Of a stretch of 17,968 nucleotides of DNA, positions 9,634 through 17,968 are shown one piece after another (the first letter of the stretch is position 1; each line of letters begins with the position of its first letter). The stretch covers positions 1-17,968 of the forward strand of contig NW_021824588.1 of assembly GCF_006345805.1 (NCBI RefSeq), in the 5' to 3' direction. The position numbers and the translations under genes are program-made. The notes beneath the pieces are model-generated. The model had not been told where the DNA came from. It made no database searches and worked only from the letters and a program-made list of their open reading frames with translations. Source of the DNA: Octopus sinensis (Eukaryota).

Positions 9634-9833
9634 GACCTCGTGTGTACCGCTGGCGATTGTTTTTTCCTCTGTCTTCCCTTCTCTGGATCTTTCCTTCGCC
9701 TATGTTTCCGACGAAGAGCTCCGCTCGAAACGTTAAACCCTCCTTCTTTCATTCTTTCCTGAGCGTCCAATAATACTATATTTGTTCCACGTCTTCGCGT
9801 TGTGTTTTTTTGTGTTTTCTTGTTTGGATTAAC
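9634..9833 (+). mobile_element. 200-bp hammerhead-carrying element embedded in a (TA)n array
   Basis: Unique 200-bp cassette with (TA)n on both sides (9578-9633 and 9834-9858). It contains HHR-D1, and a diverged relative lies on the minus strand at about 11250-11440. Confidence 0.75.
9704..9738 (+). ncRNA. Minimal type I hammerhead motif with variant core CCGACGA (HHR-D1)
   Basis: GTTT-CCGACGA-A-GAGC-TCC-GCTC-GAAA-CG-TT-AAAC. Helix I GTTT/AAAC, helix II GAGC/GCTC, helix III reduced to the palindrome ACGT, GUU triplet. C replaces the canonical U4. Confidence 0.7.
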
Positions 9834-9864
<31 letters not shown>

Positions 9865-9968
9865 TGATAGAAATGGCAAGACATCAAAAGAAAGAAAGAG
9901 ACCTCGATATTATGTAAATAGAGGAATTTATCTGTAAATATAATATGTGACAATTATTCGGTAGCCAT

Positions 9969-10029
9969 GATAAAACTCCGAGTTTCGGATGTCGGCGCGG
10001 AAATCCACGTCGGCATCTCTTCAGTTATC
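9969..10029 (-). ncRNA. Type I hammerhead motif, intact core (HHR-E1)
   Basis: Minus strand GATAA-CTGAAGA-GATGCCGACGTGG-ATTT-CCGCGCCGACATC-C-GAAA-CTCGGAG-TT-TTATC. Helix I is 5 bp, helix II is 13 bp with two mismatches, there is one extra C before GAAA, helix III is ACT/AGT, and the triplet is GUU. Confidence 0.78.
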
Positions 10030-10037
10030 AATGGCAC

Positions 10038-10098
10038 GATAACTGAAGAGATGTCGGCGTGGATTTCCGCTCCGACATCCGAGACTCGGAATTTTATC
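10038..10098 (+). ncRNA. Type I hammerhead motif with broken core GAAA>GAGA (HHR-E2)
   Basis: GATAA-CTGAAGA-GATGTCGGCGTGG-ATTT-CCGCTCCGACATC-C-GAGA-CTCGGAA-TT-TTATC. Mirror copy of E1 with a core substitution at 10083 and a helix III mismatch at 10091. Confidence 0.7.
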
Positions 10099-10432
10099 AT
10101 GGCTACCGAATAATTGTCTTGTCATATATTATATTCACACACACACACACACACACATACATGTTATATCAGGTTGAGTCAAAATTTTTTTCCGGATTTT
10201 CACTCATGATTTCTGTCAGCTTGTATTATTATATATATATTATTTCATTGTATCTTTATATCATATCATTAATTTGATATAACATGTGGTACTATCGTTG
10301 CTGCACCGTTTACTCTTTGTTTTACAGCTTCGACAATGAGCGGTGAAATAAGATTGCGATTCGAACCATTTTGCGCTACCAGTGGAAAAAAAAAACGGAC
10401 TGAGTACATATGTCTGTGCATTTGTAGGCGAT

Positions 10433-10700
10433 GTATGTATGTATGTATGTATGTATGTATGTATGTATGTATGTATGTATGTATGTATGTATTATGTATG
10501 TATGTATGTATGTACGTATGTATGTATTATGTATGTATGTATGTATGTATGTATGTATGTATGTATGTATGTATGCAATGTATGTAATGTATGTATGAAT
10601 TTCTCTCTCTTTCTCTGTGTGCATACATATATGTATATATGTATATAAACACACACGCATACCCACACACACATACATATATATACAGATACACATCTAA
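10433..10700. repeat. (GTAT)n microsatellite and degenerate CA/TA tail
   Basis: Directly visible. Confidence 0.97.
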
Positions 10701-10849
10701 TGTACGCAGAAGTAATACTTTTCATGCGGCGAGACCAAGTGAGACAGGATAAACATTTTTTGAAATCTTTTCATTCTGTCACATTTGTTGTCATAGATCT
10801 AACATTTTCCCACGAATGTCAATTTCCAAATAGAGGAAAAAAAATGCGT

Positions 10850-10923
10850 GTGACTATATGTGTGTGTCTTTATGCGTGTGTGTATGTGTGTGTGTGTATG
10901 TGTGTGTGTGTATATATATATAT

Positions 10924-10960
<37 letters not shown>

Positions 10961-11108
10961 CACATACGTAATACATACATATATATGTGTGTGAATGTAT
11001 GTGCATATATCCATATGTTTATGTGTGTGTATATATATATATATGTACGTATATGTATATGTATATATATATATGTGTGTGTGTGTGAGTGTGTGTGTAC
11101 GTATATGT

Positions 11109-11143
<35 letters not shown>

Positions 11144-11175
11144 GGATATACATATGTATATGTATGTGTATCCAT
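10850..11175. repeat. Compound (TG)n/(TA)n microsatellite
   Basis: Directly visible. Confidence 0.96.
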
Positions 11176-11356
11176 AATGCAAAAATATTTTCATTTATAA
11201 TATCTATTTTATAAAAACAGCAAAGACAGCGTGTGTGTACGAGGGGGGGGAGGGCAAATATTACAAAAAATATAAAACAAAGACGAGGTAAAAAAAAAAC
11301 AAACGCAGGGCTGGTATTAGTTCGACGCTCAGGAAATGGGGTGAAAAAGGAGATGT

Positions 11357-11392
11357 CTTTAACGTTTCGAGCATTCACTCTTCTTCGGGAAG
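11357..11392 (-). ncRNA. Minimal type I hammerhead motif with variant core CCGAAGA (HHR-D2)
   Basis: Minus strand CTTC-CCGAAGA-A-GAGT-GAAT-GCTC-GAAA-CG-TT-AAAG. Same layout as D1. The downstream TTTCCTGAGCGTC is shared with 9755-9767. Confidence 0.62.
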
Positions 11393-12189
11393 GTACAAGA
11401 GACGTGGAGAGAATAGGCGGAAAAGGAAAACTGGGCGAAATTGAAACGTACTTGTATCCAATCGTCTTGATATTGTGAAGAGCTGGAAGTAACAGAGAGG
11501 TCACTTTAGGTGTGACTAGCAAGGGTGGGAAAATGAAACTGGCGTATGTGCGTGTGCTTGCTTGCTTGTTTGTGAGTGTGTATCGGGCTGCTGTGCGCCT
11601 GTATACTGAGTGTTCGAGAGTGTACGGGTGCGGTCACGCACGTGCTTGCTTAATTGTTTGTGTGTGTGTATTTATGCGGTTGTTGTGTTTACTGGATAGA
11701 ATTATATGTGAAATAGAGGTGACATAAGTGTGTGTAGGTGTTTATATGTTCTTGTTATTGTATGTGTGCATATGTGTAACACGTAGGACTGTAATTGAAG
11801 TGTGGGTGTTAGTGTATGTGGAGTAAGTAATAGGCGAATATGTGTGTAACTGTGTGTCAGCAACGTGCATGTGTACACTGTTTCAACATATTGAGCGTAT
11901 ATTGTTGGGTCTTTTGTTAACAAGTGTGATGTATGTGTATGTATGCGCGCGCGCGCGTGTGTGTGTGAGAGAGAGGGAGAGGTAGGTTTAGAATGTGGGA
12001 ACTGTGGAAATGTATGATGTTGGTGGTGTGTGTGTTACATGGAAAAAAGAAGGGATTAATGAAAAAGGTTGGGAATTAAGACCATGAGGGACGAAAGTCT
12101 AGAGAGAAAAACAATATTTCTACTCCAGATATAAATGAAGTAGAAGTATAAGAAAATAAACATTTTCCATCTTACAGTTAGTGTTTTTA

Positions 12190-12260
12190 TCCTTTTATCT
12201 TTTACTTGTTTCAGTCATGAGACTGCGACCATGCACACAACAGGCTTCTTTCAGTTTCCG
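12190..12260 (-). mobile_element. Internally deleted minus-strand fragment of the SINE family at 12447
   Basis: TTTTACTTGTTTCAGTCATGAGACTGCGACCATGC is the reverse complement of the 12789-12823 tail. GGCTTCTTTCAGTTTCCG is the reverse complement of 12587-12604. Confidence 0.75.
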
Positions 12261-12446
12261 AGTTTCGTTTCATTTTGAAGAATAAATATTTATGTCGTGG
12301 TTTATTATTGTTTATATTCTGAATTACACGGAAACCTTTTTAGTGCTTTGAGCCTCTATAAGAACATAATCCGGCCCTGGTTCGAATCATACAGGAAGCA
12401 TCCCGTCTTTATCCTACATAGAGGGCTTGTTAGTTTTAATTCAACA

Positions 12447-12842
12447 GGCGCAGGAGTGGCTGTGTGGTAAGTAGCTTGCTTACCAACCACATAGTTCCGG
12501 GTTCATTCCCACTGCGTGGCACCATGGGCAAGTGTCTTCTACTATAGCCTCGGGCCGACCAAAGCCTTGTGAGTGGATTTGGTAGACGGAAACTGAAAGA
12601 AGCCTATGTGTGTATGTGTGTGTGTTTGTGTGTCTGTGTTTGTCCCCCCCCATTGCTTGACAACCGATGGTGGTGTGTTTACGTCCCCGTAACTTAGCGG
12701 TTCAGCAAAAAGAAACTGATAGAATAAGTACTAGGCTTACAAAGAATAAGTACTGGGGTCAATTTTTTCGACTAAAGGCGGTGCTCCAGCATGGCCACAG
12801 TCAAATGACTGAAACAAGTAAAAGAGTAAAGAGTAAAAGAGA
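12447..12842 (+). mobile_element. Full-length tRNA-derived SINE with CORE-like domain (octopus-type)
   Basis: A box TGGCTGTGTGGTAAG, B box GGGTTCATTCCC (12499-510), CORE-like CCATGGGCAAGTGTCTT, internal (TG)n, and a (GTAAAAGA)n tail. Family assignment is from memory of octopus SINEs. Confidence 0.9.
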
Positions 12843-12949
12843 ATATAAGCTAGTATTTTCGAGCGGAATCAGTTGCGAGATATACAACCGTTGAAAACAC
12901 TTATTTAGCTGTTTCCTGACTCATTCAACGTTTACGTTTGATATGATAC

Positions 12950-14358
12950 GTGTTTGACACACGTACACGCATAGAAACACAGACACACACACACACACTC
13001 ATACAGACACGTATAAACATGCAGGCATGCATACAATTATGTTTGCATTCAATAATACATACATACATACATACATACATACATACATACATACATACAT
13101 ACATACACACACATAAACACATACATACATACAAGCATACATACATAAATACATACATACATACATAAATACATATATACATACATAAATACATACATAC
13201 ATACATACATACAAGCATACATACATACATACATATATACATACATACATACATATATACATACAAGCATACATACATACATATATACATACATACATAT
13301 ATACATACATACATACAAGTATACATACATACATAAATACATACATAAATACATACATACATACATACACGCATACATACATATATACATACATACATAC
13401 ATACATACATACATACATACATACATACAAGCATACATACATAGTCAAAAGTACATATATGTATACACACATATACATACATAGACATACATAGATGCAT
13501 GGGGGCATACATACTTATATACATACATAAACACACGTACATACACGCATACATGCATTCATACATATATACATACATACAGACACAAACGTTGCTTACA
13601 CGACTCTTGCATAAACACGTATACACGCATATATACATAAGTAAACACGCACATACATACATATGTGCAAACATACATACACACGTATACATACGTGCAT
13701 ACATACATATACACACACACGTACATACATACACATAAATATTCCCCCATACATACAAACACATACACACATGTATACATACATAAATACATACATACAA
13801 ACAAACATTTATTTATACATACCTACATACATTACATTACATACATATATACATACATACAAGCAAACATACACACATACATACATACATACATACATAC
13901 ACACACATACATACATACATACATACATTCATACATACATACACATACATACACACACATACATACATACACATACATACATGCATACATACACACACAC
14001 ATACATACATACATACATTCATACATACACACACACATACATACATACATATACGCACATACATACATACACACACATACATACACACATACATACATAC
14101 ATACATACACATACATTCATACATACATACATTCATACATACATACACATACACACACATACATACATACACACATACATACATACATACATAAACATAC
14201 ATACGTACATACATACATACACACACACATACATACATACGTACATACATACATACATACATACATACATACATTCATACATACATACATACATACACAC
14301 AAGCAAGCATACATACATACATGCATACATACATACATACATACATACATACATACAT

Positions 14359-14391
<33 letters not shown>

Positions 14392-14400
14392 TACATATTT
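12950..14400. repeat. About 1.45 kb (CATA)n/(CA)n compound microsatellite
   Basis: Directly visible. It accounts for all MYVC/HTYI ORFs. Confidence 0.98.
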
Positions 14401-14634
14401 GTGTTTAAAATTCAAAAAATGAATTATCCAGAAAGATTTCCACAGAAAAATATTGAGAAAGATCTCGATACTTTTATTAAATAAAATCTGTTTGTTCATT
14501 TATTTATTGTGATTTGCTTCGTTTTGTTCTTATTTATTCAACATCAAATATAGAGTTTTTCCCAAAAAAAAATGAAAGACGAAAAAAAGAAAATTTAAAA
14601 AAAATGAAATTGAATTAAAAAACGAAAAAGAAAA

Positions 14635-15350
14635 AGGAGAGAGACAAGAGAGAGAGAGAGAAAAGAGAGAGAGGTAAGAGAGAGAGAGAGAAGAGAGGGA
14701 GAGAGAGAAGAGAGAGAGAAGAGAGAGAGAAGAGAGAGAGAAGAGAGAGAGAAGAGAGAGAGAGAGAAGAGAGAGGAGAGAGAAGAAGAGAGAGAGGAGA
14801 AGAAGAGAGAGAGAGAGAAGAGAGAGAGAGAGAAGAGAGAGAGAAGAGAGAGAGAGAGACAAGTGAGAAAGAGACAAGAGAGAGTGACAAAAGAGAGAGA
14901 GAGGGAGAGAGTGAGAATTTGTGTGCGTGTGTACGTGTGTGCGAAGGAGAAAAAGAGAGAGAAAGATGGAGAGGGAGAGAGAGAGAGGGAAAAGAGAGAG
15001 AGAGAGAGAGGGTGAGAAAGAGAGAGAGAAAGTGAGGTTGAGAGAGGGAGGGAGACAATTTGTGTGCGTGTGTACGTGTGAATGAAAGAGAGGGATAGAG
15101 AGGAATAGAGAGAGGGAAAAGAAAGAGAGAAAGAGAGAGAGTGAGAGGATAAAGGATGAGAGAAAGGGAGGAAGAGAGAGAGAAAGTGAGAGAGAGAGAG
15201 TGAATTTGAGTGCGAGTGTACTTGCGTGTAAAAGAGAGAGATGGAGAAGAAAGGAGAGAGAGAGGGAAAAGAAAAAGTGAGAGAGAGAGTGAGAGAGAGA
15301 GAGAGAGAAAGAGGGAAAAGAATGAGAAAAGAGAGAGAGAAAGAGAGAGG
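14635..15350. repeat. (GA)n-rich tract with an embedded 141-146-bp periodic unit
   Basis: Directly visible. The marker AATTTGTGTGCGTGTGTACGTGTG occurs at 14916 and 15057, with a diverged copy at 15203. Confidence 0.95.
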
Positions 15351-15761
15351 GTGTGTATGTATCTGTCTTTCTACTTCGGCGGTTAATTTTATTTTTCGAG
15401 AAGTTACGATGAAAATAAATAAATAAATAATAAATAAATAAATAAAATTAAAAATATATAAAAATATGGAAATTTTCATGATACTCTGTCAAAATCTTCA
15501 AATATATTCAGTAAAGTATATTGCGTTATGGTAAGATGTAGAATCTGAGGAAACAAATGGTCGAACGTAGCGAACTCTTGGAGAACACCGGGGTTCCATC
15601 GGTGAAGATTGGTCAAGCATCCGTGTCGATAAATGCTGCTGGTTTGGGGAAATTTTTTTTTGGAGGAAAACGGGTTTGTTGGCCATGGAATGTGTTGGGT
15701 TGTGAAATAAATTCGTTCATTGTTTTATTTTGGGGGTGGTTTTTGTTATTTTCCTACTTGG

Positions 15762-15977
15762 TCATCATCATCATTGTCCGACCGTGGTCGAAACAATGGA
15801 ATTTACCATGCTACGCCAGACTTCACGATCCATCATGGCATTACGGAGGTCCTGTTGCTGGATGCCTGTATCCCTGGAGATTACATCAGGGTAGGAGAGT
15901 GTGCGGCGCCCTCTGGTATTGCGAGTAGATGGCTTCCAGAGGAGAAGAGTAGAAATTACTTCTTTTTCAGCTCTACA
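15762..15977 (-). mobile_element. 5'-truncated RTE-clade LINE 3' end with (TGA)4 tail and 6-bp TSD
   Basis: Minus strand reads CRAEKEVISTLLLWKPSTRNTRGRRTLSYPDVISRDTGIQQQDLRNAMMDREVWRSMVNSIVSTTVGQ*, matching the W.P....GR.....D.I..D.......AM.DR..WR C-terminus of RTE-type ORFs. The stop runs into (TGA)n. ACTTGG flanks at 15756-61 and 15978-83. Confidence 0.88.
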
Positions 15978-16033
15978 ACTTGGTAGTCCGTCGTTGTAAG
16001 TCTGGAAAGAGGGAAAATCTATTCAAATTTCAA

Positions 16034-16482
16034 ATCATCATCATCGCCGTCGTCACATTCATCATTGTCATCGTCATCATCGTCGTCATCGTCGTCGTCG
16101 CCGTCGTCGTCGCCGTCGTCGTCATCACCATCATCATCACCATAGTCGTCATCGTCTTTGTCATCATCTTCATCATCATCATCCTCATCATCATCATCAT
16201 CGTCATTATCCTCATCATCGTCGTCAACATCATCATAATCACCACCATCATCATCATCATCGTCACTTTCATCATCATCACCTTCGTCGTCGTCATCATC
16301 CTCATCATCATCATCCTCATCGTCATCATCGTCGTTGTCGTCGTTGTCGTCGTCGTCATCATCATCATCATCATCGTCATCATCGTCGTCGTGAACATCA
16401 TCATAATCACCACCATTATCATCGTCGTCACTTTCATCATTATCATCATCATCATCGTCACTTTCATCATCATCACCATCAT
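16034..16482. repeat. (ATC/GTC)n trinucleotide microsatellite with an internal block duplication of about 165 bp
   Basis: Directly visible. CATCATCATAATCACCACCAT...GTCACTTTCATCAT occurs at about 16230 and about 16396. It accounts for the poly-D, poly-I/V and poly-M/T ORFs. Confidence 0.97.
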
Positions 16483-17309
16483 CTGCTCGGGCGACTTGTC
16501 TGGACCAATAAATCATATTCGTCTTTCGATAGCAGAAATATCTCATCTGCGCAAAACCGCGACCACAGACGACAGCAGTAGTTCGCTAACTGAACTGCTT
16601 GATCCACTCTGTTGACAGTTCTGTTGTCTGTTCAACCGTTCAGCATCGAATGATATTCGCCATTGATTCAATGTCCATCTACCGAAATATTTCACATCCA
16701 TCATACTGTTTTCCATGATTTTAACGTAACCCTGACTCGGATTGTTACCCGGTGCACGGCCTAGCCAAGGGGCTACCCGTAATTTTGTCCGGAGCAGATT
16801 ATTCCCAATTTCGCAGTTGGTCTTTATTTACAAGCTAATTAACCCATAACTGGGACCTTGAGCGGCGTTACTACTTCGGGTCCGAGTAGACCTGGGAACG
16901 AATAATAAATGGCTAAGAGGTGGTCCCACATTCATCTAAACCCTCGAACTCCCGAGCCAGGACCCCACTACTGGCTGCAGTTTAAAGACATACCCAGAGG
17001 AAGAACAGAGCTACAAACTTTCATCCACCCATAAAATTCTGCAATAAAAAATTCAAATATCATTGGAAAGGATTAAAATAAACAAAAAGAAAAAGGGAAC
17101 AAATTTATCTGATAACCCAGTAGGTCTTCCTTCTGCATGTCACCGAAATTTATCCAAAACAAGGCTGCAGATACAGCTGGGCACCAGTGTCATCGCAAAT
17201 ATTACTGTGAGAATGTGTACAGAGCCAGAATAGAAATGTTAGAAGATCGGCCAACCATCTTTCCTGACCCTCTCCTCACCTCTAACAGTTCCGTCATCAC
17301 TCAACTTTG

Positions 17310-17520
17310 AATTGGTACTTTATGATCGTTCCTGAATGGACGGGAGGAAAAGTTGATCCTAGCGAGATTAGAAGGTAGAGCGCAGAGAGCTGAAAGAGAA
17401 ACCGCAAGTTGTATTCCCATGAATTCTTTACCGCTTGTTTGGAGCAAGGCAGTGAGTTGGAAGAATCGTTAGTATAAAGGATAAAATGCTTAGCGACATT
17501 TATTCGGGTTTTAAGTTCTG
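17310..17520. mobile_element. Two decayed fragments of a tRNA-derived SINE in divergent orientation (about 17310-17420 minus, 17446-17520 plus)
   Basis: AAGGCAGTGAGTTGGAAGAATCGTTAG...AAATGCTTAGCGACATTT resembles the head of a common octopus SINE as I recall it. The left part resembles the reverse complement of that family's body. Heavily diverged. Confidence 0.5.
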
Positions 17521-17879
17521 CTCGACCGGAGGAGAATTGAAACTGCAACCTCTTCACTCGGAACTATAGCTAGTTTTCGATGCGGAGGCATAATGAGATT
17601 AATAGCTCTTGGCGCAAAGGTTACTGCTTGAGGAGCGTCACCTAACTTGCTTTGATAATTACACTGGGATTTATTGTGTTACACACAGTTATGACATCAT
17701 GCCCATATAACGCACAAATGTGGTGACAGTCTAAGATCTCTTGGTCCCGAAACAGCTGTTGCGATAAGACGTTACGTAGTTCTTTTCGTTTTTGTTTTCT
17801 TAGTTTTCTTTTCATTATTCTGTAATCAGAATTTTGTATTCCATGTAAATACACGTTTTAAGCCTTCCTGCGTTTACTC

Positions 17880-17897
17880 TCTGTCTCTGTTTCTGTC

Positions 17898-17944
<47 letters not shown>

Positions 17945-17968
17945 TTATATATATATATATACACACAC
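17880..17968. repeat. (CTGT)/(CT)n/(TA)n/(CA)n microsatellite running off the window end
   Basis: Directly visible. Confidence 0.96.

Larger units (their letters stand above)
9949..10118. repeat. 81-bp inverted repeat (76/81 identical) with 8-nt spacer; weaker similarity extends to about 9934-10138
   Basis: Arms are 9949-10029 and 10038-10118, spacer AATGGCAC. Mismatches at pairs 9976/10091, 9984/10083, 9996/10071, 10010/10057 and 10013/10054. Confidence 0.97.

Noticed and set aside
10300-10420. Acceptor-like TTTGTTTTACAG followed by ATG and a short open frame (MSGEIRLRFEPFCATSGKKKRTE)
   Set aside because: No good donor, the frame runs into (GTAT)n, and the peptide is unrecognisable. RNA evidence would be needed.
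12925-14499. Many long overlapping ORFs (up to 291 aa) of MYVC/HTYI type
   Set aside because: They are translations of stop-free (CATA)n repeat in several frames on both strands, with no protein-like complexity.
14530-15479. 294-aa and other Leu/Ser-rich ORFs
   Set aside because: Translations of the (GA)n tract.
15545-15580. CTGAGGA hammerhead-like core
   Set aside because: No closing hairpin and GAAA in the right place.
15980-16615. Poly-Asp ORF (16019..16546 minus) and hydrophobic poly-Ile/Val ORF (15980..16615 plus)
   Set aside because: Both come from the (ATC/GTC)n microsatellite, which is open in several frames. The unique flanks match nothing I recognise.

Overview
Eukaryotic, AT-rich, non-coding window (intron or intergenic) with no intact protein-coding gene. 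The SINE and MITE families resemble those I recall from octopus genomes; this assignment is from memory and was not searched. A large share is compound microsatellite ((CT)n/(CTAT)n/(CTGT)n, (TA)n, (GTAT)n, (CATA)n, (GA)n, (ATC/GTC)n), which explains essentially all the long ORFs in the supplied track. The rest is transposon debris: a Tc1-like transposase 5' stub, a decayed mariner with intact TIRs carrying two nested insertions, two Helitron-like non-autonomous elements, several tRNA-derived SINEs and a 5'-truncated RTE-clade LINE with a target-site duplication. The main signal not in the ORF track is a set of seven type I hammerhead-ribozyme motifs between 1609 and 11392, on both strands and from about five unrelated short repeat families. 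Most have the very short or palindromic helix III typical of Penelope-like-element/retrozyme hammerheads. Two copies share a non-canonical C3-C4 core (CCGANGA). One pair sits head-to-head as an 81-bp inverted repeat. Activity cannot be shown from sequence alone.
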